Shown: positions 1 through 9,435, counted from the stretch's first letter. The stretch is 32,000 nucleotides of DNA from Pseudodesulfovibrio mercurii (GCF_000189295.2 NC_016803.1:3540001-3572000); one strand, 5' to 3'. Translations and numbers: made by a program. Notes: generated by a model from the letters alone, not told the origin.

Positions 1-1552
1 CCGCTTCCATGGCCTCAAGGGGGAAGTCGTCGGCCGAGCGCATGACCGTGCGCGAGTAGTCCTTGACCACGTCGGCCATGAGCATGCCCGTGGCCGAGAG
101 GATGCCGGGATCCACCGGCACCAGGACGCGCGGCATGCCCAGCAGCCGGGCCAGTTCGGCGCAGTGCATGCCGCCCGCGCCGCCGAAGGAGAGGAGGGTG
201 AACTCGCGCGGGTCGAATCCCTTTTCCACGGAGATGACCCGGATGGCCCGCTCCATGTTGGCGTTGGCCACGGCCAGGATGCCCTCGGCCAGTTCGGCGG
301 GCGGCAGCCCCAGCTCCCCGGCCAGACGCTCCACGCCGCGCCGGGCGCCGTCCTCGTCCAGGGTCATGGCCCCGCCCAGGAAGCGGTCGGGCACGATGCG
401 TCCGAGGTACAGGTTGGCGTCGGTCACGGTGACGCGCGTCCCGCCCCGGCCGTAGCAGATGGGGCCGGGGTCCGCGCCCGCGCTCTCCGGGCCCACGGCC
501 AGGGACCCGCCGGGGTCCGGGGCGGCGATGGACCCGCCGCCCGCGCCCACGGTGTGGATGTCGATCATGGGCACTTTGACCGGATAGCCGGAGATGGACG
601 AGGCCATGGTCAGGGGCAGGGCGCCGTCCATGAGGCTGACATCGGTGCTGGTGCCGCCCATGTCGAAGGTGATCAATTTGTCGAACCCGGCGGCGCGGGC
701 CAGGGCCAGCGCGCCCACCGCGCCCCCGGCCGGGCCTGACAGGATGGTCCGCACGGACTCGCGCATGGCCGTGTCCGCCGAGATGGACCCACCGTTGGAC
801 TGCATGATGCGCAGCGCCGGGCCGCGCCCGGTTCCGGCTTCATCCTCGGCTTTGGGCCCGGACTCGTGCCCGCCGAGACCCTGTTGCAGGGCGGTCAGGT
901 AGCGGGTCATGATCGGCGAGACGTAGGCGTTGACCACCGTGGTCGAGGTCCGCTCGAACTCGCGGAACTCGGCCAGGATATCGCTCGACAGGGACACGGG
1001 CAGGCCGAGCGCGCGGAGCTTTTCGCCCATGCGCCGCTCATGGCCCGGGTCGAGGAAGGAGAAGAGCAGGCAGACGGCCACGGACCGCGCCCCGGACGTC
1101 CGGATGCGCTCGACGACCTCCCCGGCCGCGTCCTCGTCCCAGGGGACCAGGGTCTCGCCTTGGGCGGTGATCCGGCCCGGCAGGCCGAAGCGCAGGGCAG
1201 GGGGCACGATGTGCGGCCGGCGCCGGTAGTGCAGGTCGTACAGGTCGGCGCGGTTCTGGCGGCCGATCTCGATGACGTCGGTGAACCCCACGTTGGTCAC
1301 CAGGGCCGTGGGCACGCCCTTGCGTTCCAGGATGGCGTTGGTGGCCACGGTGGAGCCGTGCACCACGGCCAGGTCCGCGTCGCCGAGGGTCGCGCCGGGC
1401 AGTCGCTCCGCCAGGATGCGGCGCAGGCCGGAAAGGACCGCCTCGGCCGGGTTGTGCGGGGTGGACAGGGTCTTGAACGTGCCGGTCTCCCGGCCGTGGA
1501 CGTAGGTGAAGTCGGTGAAGGTGCCGCCGGTATCGACGCCGATGAAGAGCAT
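1..1552 (-). CDS. hydantoinase/oxoprolinase family protein (HyuA-like); 3' end lies outside the window
   Basis: Absent from the ORF track because it runs off the window edge. My minus-strand translation from ATG at 1552-1550 gives MLFIGVDTGGTFTDFTYVHG..., the GxDxGGTFTD N-terminus typical of the family. Near the window edge it gives ...FGGAGGMHCAELARLLGMPRVLVPVDPGILSATGMLMADVVKDYSRTVMRSADDFPLEAMEA. AGGAGG Shine-Dalgarno at 1557-1562 (minus). Confidence 0.85.
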   Translation of the reverse strand, partial: MLFIGVDTGGTFTDFTYVHGRETGTFKTLSTPHNPAEAVLSGLRRILAERLPGATLGDADLAVVHGSTVATNAILERKGVPTALVTNVGFTDVIEIGRQNRADLYDLHYRRRPHIVPPALRFGLPGRITAQGETLVPWDEDAAGEVVERIRTSGARSVAVCLLFSFLDPGHERRMGEKLRALGLPVSLSSDILAEFREFERTSTTVVNAYVSPIMTRYLTALQQGLGGHESGPKAEDEAGTGRGPALRIMQSNGGSISADTAMRESVRTILSGPAGGAVGALALARAAGFDKLITFDMGGTSTDVSLMDGALPLTMASSISGYPVKVPMIDIHTVGAGGGSIAAPDPGGSLAVGPESAGADPGPICYGRGGTRVTVTDANLYLGRIVPDRFLGGAMTLDEDGARRGVERLAGELGLPPAELAEGILAVANANMERAIRVISVEKGFDPREFTLLSFGGAGGMHCAELARLLGMPRVLVPVDPGILSATGMLMADVVKDYSRTVMRSADDFPLEAMEA

Positions 1553-1615
1553 GAGACCTCCTGGGGATGCGCGAGGCGACGATACAGGAATCGGGCGCGC
1601 TTCGCCAGGACCGGG

Positions 1616-1990
1616 TCAGGAGGCCGAGAGCCGGTCCATGGCCTCTGTCTCGTCGGTGAAGACGAGATAGGCGGTGCTCCGGTTGGCCGCGATGGTCTCG
1701 TATCGGCGGTGCTGGGCCAGATGCTCCGGGGCGCAGAGGGCCGCCAGGCGCAGGCCGTCCAGCTGGAAATGCCGGTCGGCCGCGTATTCGGCCAGTTCAA
1801 GCAGGTCGTGGTAGTCCAGATGGAAGACGGCCCGCCGGTAGTCGAGGAGGATTCCGCGCAGCCCGTATTGCCTGGCGGCGGCCCGGTATCGGGTCGAAAA
1901 GTGGATGATCTCGTCGATGGATCGGATGTCGCCCACGACCGTCACCCGCAGGTGGTCGGCGCAGGGCATGATCGATACGCTTGCTGTCAT
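1616..1990 (-). CDS. small hypothetical protein (124 aa), paralog of the 5241-5612 product; possibly a STAS/SpoIIAA-like fold (inference)
   Basis: C-terminal part of track ORF 1616..2716(-), taken from the internal ATG at 1990-1988 (MTASVSIMPCADHLRVTVVGDIRS...). Aligns over its full length with the 5241-5612 protein. The upstream part of the track ORF is antisense to the MBL gene. Start choice is uncertain; the alternative is Met8 at 1969. Confidence 0.6.
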   Translation of the reverse strand: MTASVSIMPCADHLRVTVVGDIRSIDEIIHFSTRYRAAARQYGLRGILLDYRRAVFHLDYHDLLELAEYAADRHFQLDGLRLAALCAPEHLAQHRRYETIAANRSTAYLVFTDETEAMDRLSAS

Positions 1991-2012
1991 GACTACACCC
2001 CCATCTATAGCC

Positions 2013-2041
2013 TGTATATCCGTCTCCGGTCCCGCATGCAA
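2013..2041 (-). promoter_or_regulatory. candidate sigma70-type promoter for the 1616-1990 gene (TTGCAT-17 nt-TATACA)
   Basis: Minus-strand reading: -35 TTGCAT (2041-2036), 17-nt spacer, -10 TATACA (2018-2013), about 22 nt upstream of the ATG at 1990. Motif match only. Confidence 0.35.
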
Positions 2042-2101
2042 GAATGGGGACACTGGCAACACTTTGTGGTACGCCGAAGAAAAAACAACCGGGGCGAAAC
2101 C

Positions 2102-2827
2102 ATGCAGTGCACCATCACCTACATCCATCACAGCGCCTTTCTCCTGCGGACGGACAGACGGACCTGTCTCTTCGACTATCCCGAAAACGAACACCTGCCG
2201 GACGGGGCGGACGACCTGGTCCGGAAGGCCGTGGCCGGGACCGACCTGACCGTGTTCATCTCCCACGGCCACGCGGACCACTGCAACGGCGACCTCGCCT
2301 CGGTGACCGGCACGGCCCGGCAGGTGCGCTACGTGCTCTCGGACGACGTGGCCGACCTGCGGCCCGAGGCCGTGCCGGACAACGGCCAGGTGCTCCTGGT
2401 GGAGCCGGACGAGACCTACGGCTTCGGCGGCATGCTCGTCGGGACCACGATGTCCAACGACCTGGGCGTGGCCTTCCTGGTGGAGGACCGCTGCTTTCGC
2501 TTCTATTACGGCGGGGACCTGGCCGAGTGGATCTGGCCCGGTGCTGCCCCGGCCGAGACGGAGTTTACCCGGACCTTCTTCCGGACGGCCATGGAGCGGG
2601 TCCGCGACTTCAAGCCGCAGGTGGCCTTCGCCAACGTGGACCCGAGGCTGGACAATCTGGCCGGGGGCGTGGAGGCGTGCCGGATCATCGGCGCGCCCGT
2701 GTTCGTGCCCATGCACGCCTTCGGCGAGACCTCGGTCCTGGACGGGTTCACCCGGACCGTGGAGCCCGGCCCGTCGGCGGTCTTCCGCTACGCCCGCATG
2801 GGAGACTCGGAGTCGTTCTCTTTTTAG
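2102..2827 (+). CDS. MBL-fold metallo-hydrolase
   Basis: C-terminal 241 aa of track ORF 866..2827(+), from ATG at 2102 (MQCTITYIHHSAFLL...). Contains the HxHxDH metal motif (FISHGHADHCNG). The upstream part of that ORF is antisense to the two minus-strand genes. Confidence 0.8.
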   Translation: MQCTITYIHHSAFLLRTDRRTCLFDYPENEHLPDGADDLVRKAVAGTDLTVFISHGHADHCNGDLASVTGTARQVRYVLSDDVADLRPEAVPDNGQVLLVEPDETYGFGGMLVGTTMSNDLGVAFLVEDRCFRFYYGGDLAEWIWPGAAPAETEFTRTFFRTAMERVRDFKPQVAFANVDPRLDNLAGGVEACRIIGAPVFVPMHAFGETSVLDGFTRTVEPGPSAVFRYARMGDSESFSF

Positions 2828-2896
2828 TTTACAACTGTTTATTCAGGCTGTTACACAGTGGGAGATATTGAATCCGTCAACCTCTCCGGGGGCGTC

Positions 2897-5197
2897 ATGC
2901 GAACACGAACCACATTTCTGGCCACGGTCCTGTGCCTGGCCTGTCTTCTGGCCGGGCCCGGCGCGGCCCTCGCTTCCTCACCGGCGGCCCTGGCCGCGAT
3001 GACCGGCGGCTCCGGCGGGGGCAAGGGCAAGAAGGCGGAAGCGGTCATCCCGCCCGACGCCACCCCCAACCAGCTCAACGAGATCCTGGCCTCCATGAGC
3101 GACGAGCAGGTCCGCCGTCTGCTCATCGAGGAGTTGCGCAAGGACGCGGCTCCCCCGGCCGTCGAGCAGGGACCCGCAGGGGTGGCCGGCGCCATCGTCC
3201 GGGCCAAGCAGTTCGTGCAGAAGGTTCGGGAGCGGTTAGCCTATCTCTTTTCCGGCGCGGCCCAGGCTCCGAGGCTGCTGCCCGAGGCATTCCGCAAGTC
3301 CCTGACCGGCGAGGGCGTGCACCCGCCCGGAGAGCTCGGCCTCGGCCTGCTCGTGGTCACGGTCCTGTGGTTCCTGTCGCGCTGGGTCGTGGTCCGACGC
3401 GCCTCCGGGCTGCGCAGGCGCCTTGAGGACGTGGAGCCGAACGCGTCCCTGGCGGTCAAGGCCGGACGGCTCCTGGCCCGGGCCGGTTTCGACCTGCTCG
3501 CCGTGGCCTGCGTGGCCCTGATCACCCTGATTCCCTATCTGATGATCTTCAACGAGCCCGCCAAGGGCCGCCCTGTCATCTTCATCTGGCTGGCGGCCAT
3601 GCTCGTGGTGGAGCTGGTCCGGCTGGTCGCGCGGTTCATCCTGGCCCCGGACATGGGGGGGCTGCGCTTCCTGCCCCTGGGCGACGACTCCGCCCGGTAT
3701 CTGTTCCGGTGGATCGTGCGCGTGGCCTGGGTGGTGGCCGTGGGCATCCTGGCCAGTTCCCTGGTGGAGATGACCCGAGGCAGCGAGCTGGTCTACCTGA
3801 TGATCATGGCCGGGACCGGCTTTGTCGTGGCCGCCATGGTCAGCCTGCTGGCCCTGTGGAACAAGCGGCCCGTGGCCGAGGCCATCCGGCGGGTCGTACC
3901 GCCCAACTCCCTGCGGTTTCAGCTGGCCGGTTCGTGGCACGTGGGCGTCATCGTCTACGCCCTGGGCTTCTGGTTCTTCTGGGTGGTCGGGCTGCTCGTC
4001 TTCGGCCGCGAGGCCATGCTCGCCGGGGTCTACACCCTGCTCCTGGTCCCGTCCTACCTGCTGGTGGACTGGGGCTGCCAGCGGCTGGTGGCCTTCGCCT
4101 CCGGGCTGGCGGACGCGCCCGTGGACGACCAGGATGAGGAGACCGTGGTGGAGGGCGTGCCCAACATCGGCAAGTTCCAGCATTTCCTGTCCGTGGGCTT
4201 CCGCATCCTGGTCCTGGCCGGGGCCGCGTTCCTGCTGCTCCGGATCTGGGGCATCAACCTGGCCTTCGGCGAGGCCACGGTGGGCGCGGGCTTCGACATC
4301 CTGCTGACCCTGGTCCTGGCCTACATCTTCTGGGTGTTCATCTCGAACTACATCGAGAAGCGGCTCAAGGCCAAGGACGAGCCCGCCGAGGACCAAGGCG
4401 AGGGCGGCGGCGAGGGCGGCGGCGGACCCGGCGGCGACCGGTTCGCGACCCTGCTCCAGCTGGTCAAGAAGTTCATCTTCGCGGCTCTGTCCGTGATCAC
4501 CGTGCTGATCATCCTGTCGTCGCTCGGCGTGGACATCGGTCCGCTCATCGCGGGCGCGTCGGTCTTCGGCATCGCCATCGGCTTCGGGGCCCAGACCCTG
4601 GTCAAGGACATCATCTCCGGCATCTTCTTCCTCATGGACGACGCCTTCCGGGTGGGCGACTACATCGTGGTGGGCAGCGCCATGGGCACGGTGGAGGAGA
4701 TCTCGGTCCGTTCCTTCAAGCTCCGGCACCATCTCGGCCCGCTGTACACCATCCCCTTCGGGTCCATCAAAGAGGTCCAGAACATGACCCGCGACTGGGC
4801 GGTCATGAAGCTCCAGTACCTGGTCCCGTTCGACACGGACCTGGGCGAGATCAAGAAGATCATCAAGCGGATCAACAAGGAAATCAGGGCGGTGCCGGAA
4901 CTCAACGAGTTCATGCTCTCGGATATCAAGAGCCAGGGCGTCAAGGCCATGGAGCAGTACGGCATGCGCATGCGGGTCAAGTTCATGACCAAGCCCGGCG
5001 GCCAGTTCACCCTGCGCAAGCTGGTCCTGGCCAAGATGCGCAAGTACTTCGCCGAGGCGGGCATCGAGTTCGCCAAGCCCTACGTGTCCGTGCACATCCC
5101 CGGACACGAGCAGCTGACCCCCGAGGAGGAGGCCCAGGTGGCGGCCGCCGCCTCCCAGCTCGTGGCCGAGGAAGGCGCCAAGAAGAAGAAACATTAA
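2897..5197 (+). CDS. mechanosensitive ion channel family protein (large MscS/MscK-like, multi-TM)
   Basis: Track ORF 2858..5197. The conserved MscS pore/beta-domain region is LVKDIISGIFFLMDDAFRVGDYIVVGSAMGTVEEISVRSFKLRHHLGPLYTIPFGSIKEVQNMTRDW, preceded by many hydrophobic helices. I prefer ATG 2897 (MRTRTTFLATVLCLACLLAGPGAALA, a signal-peptide-like N-terminus) over GTG 2858. Confidence 0.9.
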   Translation: MRTRTTFLATVLCLACLLAGPGAALASSPAALAAMTGGSGGGKGKKAEAVIPPDATPNQLNEILASMSDEQVRRLLIEELRKDAAPPAVEQGPAGVAGAIVRAKQFVQKVRERLAYLFSGAAQAPRLLPEAFRKSLTGEGVHPPGELGLGLLVVTVLWFLSRWVVVRRASGLRRRLEDVEPNASLAVKAGRLLARAGFDLLAVACVALITLIPYLMIFNEPAKGRPVIFIWLAAMLVVELVRLVARFILAPDMGGLRFLPLGDDSARYLFRWIVRVAWVVAVGILASSLVEMTRGSELVYLMIMAGTGFVVAAMVSLLALWNKRPVAEAIRRVVPPNSLRFQLAGSWHVGVIVYALGFWFFWVVGLLVFGREAMLAGVYTLLLVPSYLLVDWGCQRLVAFASGLADAPVDDQDEETVVEGVPNIGKFQHFLSVGFRILVLAGAAFLLLRIWGINLAFGEATVGAGFDILLTLVLAYIFWVFISNYIEKRLKAKDEPAEDQGEGGGEGGGGPGGDRFATLLQLVKKFIFAALSVITVLIILSSLGVDIGPLIAGASVFGIAIGFGAQTLVKDIISGIFFLMDDAFRVGDYIVVGSAMGTVEEISVRSFKLRHHLGPLYTIPFGSIKEVQNMTRDWAVMKLQYLVPFDTDLGEIKKIIKRINKEIRAVPELNEFMLSDIKSQGVKAMEQYGMRMRVKFMTKPGGQFTLRKLVLAKMRKYFAEAGIEFAKPYVSVHIPGHEQLTPEEEAQVAAAASQLVAEEGAKKKKH

Positions 5198-5240
5198 CAG
5201 GGCGGGCCGGGCCCGGTCCCGGCCCCGCGCCCGGAGCATC

Positions 5241-5612
5241 ATGTCGTTTGACCTGTTGTTCGAAATTCGCGACGGCTACGTCGTCGGCGTGGTCACCGGG
5301 GTGATCGACACCCCGGAGGAATTGCTGCGCAAGATACGCACCATGGTCCACAAGGGGCTGGATTCGCACCTGACCCGCTTCCTCATGGACGAGCGCGGCC
5401 TGGAGCTGCGCCTGGACCCCCACGACATCATCCAGGTGGCCGACCTGCTGGAGGAGCACAACATCCAGTCCATGGGCGGGCGGTCCGCCTGCCTGTGCAA
5501 CCCCCGGCTCATGGAGCAGTACCGGGCCTGCGAGACCGTGTACCACAACCGCTCCCTGAGCTACCGGGTGTTCGAGCGCGAAGAGGAAGCCGTGGCCTGG
5601 CTGATGCGCTGA
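5241..5612 (+). CDS. small hypothetical protein (123 aa), paralog of the 1616-1990 product; possibly a STAS/SpoIIAA-like fold (inference)
   Basis: Track ORF 5241..5612. GGAG Shine-Dalgarno 5 nt upstream of the ATG. Full-length similarity to the 1616-1990 protein: shared blocks V.VV.G.I, L.D.R, LD.HD, LC.P, ET...NRS, VF..E.EA. Confidence 0.7.
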   Translation: MSFDLLFEIRDGYVVGVVTGVIDTPEELLRKIRTMVHKGLDSHLTRFLMDERGLELRLDPHDIIQVADLLEEHNIQSMGGRSACLCNPRLMEQYRACETVYHNRSLSYRVFEREEEAVAWLMR

Positions 5613-5688
5613 TCGCGTCTTTTCTTGCGGCCGCTTTCGGGTTAGGGTGGCCCATTGCCAATCACCACCCCGACCAGGAGTCCGGCCT

Positions 5689-7794
5689 TTGACCCTCAAG
5701 GACAATCTAGACGCTTTCTTCCACCCCGACGCCGTGGCCGTCATCGGGGCCTCCGCCACGCCCGGCAAGGTCGGGCACACCGTCGTGACCAACATGCTCT
5801 CGGCCGGGTACACCGGCAAGCTCCTGCCCGTGAACCCCAAGGGCGGCGTGATCGAGGGACTGCCCGTGATCACCGACATCGGGGACCTGCCGCGCGGCCT
5901 GGACCTGGCCGTCATCTCGGTGCCGCCCAAGGCGGTCATCGAGTCCGTGCGCCGTCTCGGGGAGATCGGGACCAAGTCGGCCATCGTCATCACCGCCGGG
6001 TTCAAGGAGGCGAGCAAGGAGGGGTACGACCTCGAACAGGAGCTCAAGGCGCTGTGCGAGGAGTATCGCATCAGCCTGCTCGGGCCCAACTGTCTGGGCA
6101 TGATCAACGGCGCGGCCGGGGTCAACGCCTCGTTCGCGGCGGGGTTGCCGGGGCTCGGCTCCATCGCCTTCTTCTCCCAGTCCGGGGCCCTGTGCGTGGC
6201 CATTCTGGATTGGGCGATGGGCGCGAACATCGGCTTTTCCAAGTTCGTCTCCCTGGGCAACAAGGCGGTCCTGGACGAGGCGGACATGCTCGACTACCTC
6301 AACCGGGACGAGGCCACCCGCGTCATCCTCGGCTACATCGAGAACGTGGAGCACGGCGAGGCGTTCCTCAGGGAGGCCCGGCGGGCCAGCCTGAACAAGC
6401 CGGTGATCATGATCAAGGCGGGCACCACCGCGGCCGGGGCCAAGGCCGCCAGCTCGCACACCGGAGCCATCGCCGGGTCGGATCAGAGCTACACGGCCGC
6501 GTTCCACCAGTCCGGGGTCATCCGGGTGGGCGACGTGGCCACCCTGTTCAACCTGGCCCAGGCCTTTTCCTCCCAGCCCCTGCCCAAGGGGCCGAACCTG
6601 GCCGTCATCACCAACGCGGGCGGGCCCGGCATTCTGGCCGCGGACGCGGCGGACCGCTCCCGGCTGTCCATGGCCGAGCTGTCCCCCCGGACCATCGAGA
6701 AGCTTCAGGACTTTCTTCCCAGCTACGCCGCCTTCTACAACCCGGTGGACATCGTGGCCGACGCCGACGCGAGACGGTACCGCCAGACCCTGGAGGTCAT
6801 CGGCGAGGACCCCATGGTCCACGCCATCCTGGTCCTGCTCACGCCCACGGCCTCGGTGGAGATCGACAAGGCCGCCGAGGCGGTCATCCGCACGGCCCGC
6901 AAGTGGGCCAAGCCTGTCTTCGCCTGTTTCATGGGCAAGACCAAGGTGGCCGGGGCGCGGCGGATGCTCATGGAGGCGGGCGTTCCGTGCTACGCCTTCC
7001 CGGAGCCGGCGGTCCATTCCATCGAGGCAATGTACCAGTACTACCTGTGGAAGAATCGGCCCGAGCCGGAGTACGCCGAGGTGGAGCGGGACATGGCGGC
7101 CGTGCGCGCGGTCATCGACGACCATCTGCGCCGCAGGCAGCCCGAGGTGGTGGAGTTCGAGGCCCAGCAGGTGCTCCGGGCCTACGGCCTGCCCACGCCC
7201 AGGACGAAGCTGGCCCGCACCTCGGACGAGGCCGTGGCCGCCGCCGAGGAGATCGGCTATCCCGTGGTCCTCAAGATCGCCTCGCCGGACATCTCGCACA
7301 AGACCGACGTGGGCGGGGTGGCGGTCAATCTGCTCAATGCCCGGGAGGTCATGGAGACCTTCAAGGAGATCACGGCGCGGGCGCAGCGCATGCGCCGGGA
7401 CGCCTACATCGCGGGTTGCCTGGTCCAGGAGATGGCCCCTCCGGGCGTGCGCGAGGTGATCATCGGGTTCAAGCGCGACGAGCAGTTCGGGCCCATGCTC
7501 ATGTTCGGCCTGGGCGGGGTGTACGTGGAGATCATGAAGGACATCTCCTTCAAGCTCGCCCCCCTGTCCCGGCAGGACGCCTTCGAGATCGTGCGCGAGA
7601 TCAAGTCCTACATGCTGCTCAAGGGGCTCAAGGGCGACAAGCCCGTGAACCTGGCCGCGCTGGAGCGGATCATCATGGTCATGTCCCGGCTGGCCCAGGA
7701 CCTGCCCGAGGTGCTCGAGGCCGAGTTCAACCCGGTCCTGGTCAACAACGAGCGGGCCATGGTGGCCGACGTGCGCATGACCCTGAGCGTGTAG
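5689..7794 (+). CDS. acetate--CoA ligase family protein, i.e. ADP-forming acetyl-CoA synthetase with fused CoA-binding/ligase and ATP-grasp domains
   Basis: Track ORF 5647..7794. N-terminus LKDNLDAFFHPDAVAVIGASATPGKVGH (CoA-binding), then SHTGAIAGSD, then a C-terminal ATP-grasp region (YGLPTPRTKLA...GYPVVLKIASPDISHKTDVGGV). I favour TTG at 5689, which has AGGAG 9 nt upstream, over GTG at 5647. The start is uncertain. Confidence 0.9.
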   Translation: MTLKDNLDAFFHPDAVAVIGASATPGKVGHTVVTNMLSAGYTGKLLPVNPKGGVIEGLPVITDIGDLPRGLDLAVISVPPKAVIESVRRLGEIGTKSAIVITAGFKEASKEGYDLEQELKALCEEYRISLLGPNCLGMINGAAGVNASFAAGLPGLGSIAFFSQSGALCVAILDWAMGANIGFSKFVSLGNKAVLDEADMLDYLNRDEATRVILGYIENVEHGEAFLREARRASLNKPVIMIKAGTTAAGAKAASSHTGAIAGSDQSYTAAFHQSGVIRVGDVATLFNLAQAFSSQPLPKGPNLAVITNAGGPGILAADAADRSRLSMAELSPRTIEKLQDFLPSYAAFYNPVDIVADADARRYRQTLEVIGEDPMVHAILVLLTPTASVEIDKAAEAVIRTARKWAKPVFACFMGKTKVAGARRMLMEAGVPCYAFPEPAVHSIEAMYQYYLWKNRPEPEYAEVERDMAAVRAVIDDHLRRRQPEVVEFEAQQVLRAYGLPTPRTKLARTSDEAVAAAEEIGYPVVLKIASPDISHKTDVGGVAVNLLNAREVMETFKEITARAQRMRRDAYIAGCLVQEMAPPGVREVIIGFKRDEQFGPMLMFGLGGVYVEIMKDISFKLAPLSRQDAFEIVREIKSYMLLKGLKGDKPVNLAALERIIMVMSRLAQDLPEVLEAEFNPVLVNNERAMVADVRMTLSV

Positions 7795-7800
7795 CCGGGC

Positions 7801-7998
7801 CTATTTCTTCCTGATTTCGGTGACGGATTCGCCGCCGATGCCCCAGTTGTCCGTGTCCACCTCGTCGATGATGACGAAGGTGGTCTTGGGATTCTTGCCG
7901 AGCACGTCGGCCAGGAGGTCGGTCACGCCCTTGATGAGCCGTTGTTTCTGTTCGGTGGTGGCGCCTTCGTTGGTGATGCGGATGTTGACGAACGGCAT
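7801..7998 (-). CDS. 4-oxalocrotonate tautomerase family protein (65 aa)
   Basis: Track ORF MPFVNIRITNEGATTEQKQRLIKGVTDLLADVLGKNPKTTFVIIDEV.... Catalytic Pro at position 2 (Pro1 after Met removal) and the typical length. GAGGAA Shine-Dalgarno just upstream. Confidence 0.9.
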   Translation of the reverse strand: MPFVNIRITNEGATTEQKQRLIKGVTDLLADVLGKNPKTTFVIIDEVDTDNWGIGGESVTEIRKK

Positions 7999-8013
7999 GA
8001 TTTCCTCGACGGA

Positions 8014-9435
8014 TCAGGTTCGGGGTTTGAGGGGCAGGGTCACCGTCACGGTGGTGCCGCGCTCCTCGGACGAGTCCATGTGGATGCGGCCGCCCATGAC
8101 CTCGACCATGAGCCGGGCCGAGTAAGTGCCGAGGCCGGTGCCCGTGCGCTTTCCGGCCGTGGCGTACTTGTCGAAGAAGTTGGCGCGCACGGACTCGGGC
8201 ACCGGGGCGGGGTTGTGCACGGCGGCGGAAAATTCGCCCTTCCCCGCGTCGGCCCGCAGGTGCACGGAGACCTTGTCGCCGAGGCCGGAGGCCTCCACGC
8301 TGTTTTTGACCAGGTTGGCCAGGACCGCGTAGAACAGGTTCTCCTCGGTGGACAGGACCAGGACCTCCTCGCGCGCGAGCGGTTTGTCCTCGAACCGGGT
8401 CTCCATGATCACGCCCGCCCTGCGGGCCAGCCCGGACAGGTCGTTGGTCACCCGGCGGCACACGGACAGGACGTCCACCTCGCCGGGCAGGTATTCGTAG
8501 GTCCCCGTCTCCATCTTGTAGAGGTCCAGGGACCGGCTGATCAGTTCCATGCCGGTGTTGGCGGCCCGGCGCATGTCGTCGAGCATCTCCCGCTGGTCCG
8601 CGTCCAGGTCGGTGAAGTTCTCCAGGTAGGTGATGCCGCTGAGCACGCCCAGGAGCGGGGTCTTGATGTCGTGGCGGGTGATCTGCTCCACGTCCTCGCG
8701 CAGTTTTTCGGCCTGGTGCCGCGAGTGTTCCTTGGCCGCCTCCTGGCGGATCAGGACCAGGACCACGCCGAGCAGGGCGAAGCTGATGACGAAGGAGCCC
8801 GCCGTGGCGTAAAGGTTGAACCGCTCCAGTTCCCGCTTGGGACCGGTCACGTCGAAGACCAGTTCGAAGGCCCCCAGGAAGTCGTTGCCGCGCATGAGCG
8901 GGACAAAGGCCGCCACGGTGTCGATGGTCGTGGTCCGGCCAAGGACCGGTTCGCTGTGCAGGACCCCGAGGCGGGCGTACCGCCTGCCCTTGGCCACCAC
9001 GTCCCGGAACTCGGGTCCGGATTCCACCGTGTCGATCTCCGCCGTTTCCGTGGAGTAGAGGATCATGCCGTCCGGGGCGAGAACCCGGACCTTGAGCAGG
9101 CCGAAGTCCGTCTCCAGCCGGTAGACGTCGGCCAGGAACCTGGGGGTGTCCAGGACCGCCGGGCCGAGGCGGGCATGCTTGATGGACGGCGGGATGGTCA
9201 GCACGGCCAGCCTCCGGGCCGAATCCTCGAAGGTGCCGATCATGATCTTGGTGTAGGTCGGATAGATGACCAGGGCGTTGATCAGGGGCAGGGCCACGGC
9301 GCAGAGCACGGCCAGGCACAGGATGCCGAGCAGCGGATAGCTGTGCGGGCCGTGTCGGCGGCCGAGGAGGATAAGCCAGCGCAGCCCTCCGGGAGGGATG
9401 CGGGCGGTATGGTCGCGGCGTCCGCTTTCGGCCAT
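8014..9435 (-). CDS. sensor histidine kinase: TM1, periplasmic Cache-like domain, TM2, HisKA, HATPase_c
   Basis: Track ORF of 473 aa. Two hydrophobic segments flank a loop of about 170 aa. H-box ITRHDIKTPLLGVLSG. C-terminal ATPase motifs (LVKNSVEAS, GTGLGTYSARLMVEVMGGRI). Confidence 0.9.
   Translation of the reverse strand: MAESGRRDHTARIPPGGLRWLILLGRRHGPHSYPLLGILCLAVLCAVALPLINALVIYPTYTKIMIGTFEDSARRLAVLTIPPSIKHARLGPAVLDTPRFLADVYRLETDFGLLKVRVLAPDGMILYSTETAEIDTVESGPEFRDVVAKGRRYARLGVLHSEPVLGRTTTIDTVAAFVPLMRGNDFLGAFELVFDVTGPKRELERFNLYATAGSFVISFALLGVVLVLIRQEAAKEHSRHQAEKLREDVEQITRHDIKTPLLGVLSGITYLENFTDLDADQREMLDDMRRAANTGMELISRSLDLYKMETGTYEYLPGEVDVLSVCRRVTNDLSGLARRAGVIMETRFEDKPLAREEVLVLSTEENLFYAVLANLVKNSVEASGLGDKVSVHLRADAGKGEFSAAVHNPAPVPESVRANFFDKYATAGKRTGTGLGTYSARLMVEVMGGRIHMDSSEERGTTVTVTLPLKPRT

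Noticed and set aside
2054-2069. Sigma-54-like motif TGGCAAcacttTGTGG upstream of the MBL hydrolase gene
   Set aside because: GG is present at -24, but the -12 position reads TG/GT rather than GC at the required spacing.
866-2101. N-terminal 412 codons of the 653-aa plus-strand ORF 866..2827
   Set aside because: It is antisense to the hydantoinase-family gene and to the 1616-1990 gene, and its composition is Gly/Arg/Ala-rich junk. Only the part from ATG 2102, the MBL-fold domain, looks real.
3236-5242. 668-aa minus-strand ORF, plus several 80-160 aa ORFs, overlapping the MscS-family gene
   Set aside because: It is antisense to a well-supported channel gene. The translation is low-complexity and rich in Arg, Gly, Pro, His, Asp and Gln, as expected of shadow ORFs in high-GC DNA. 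It has no recognisable motifs.
5655-7814. 719-aa plus-strand ORF in an alternative frame, and the 530-aa minus-strand ORF 5707..7299, both overlapping the acetyl-CoA synthetase gene
   Set aside because: Both are frame-shifted or antisense shadows. Their translations are dominated by Arg, Gly and Pro, while the 5689..7794 frame carries all the family motifs.
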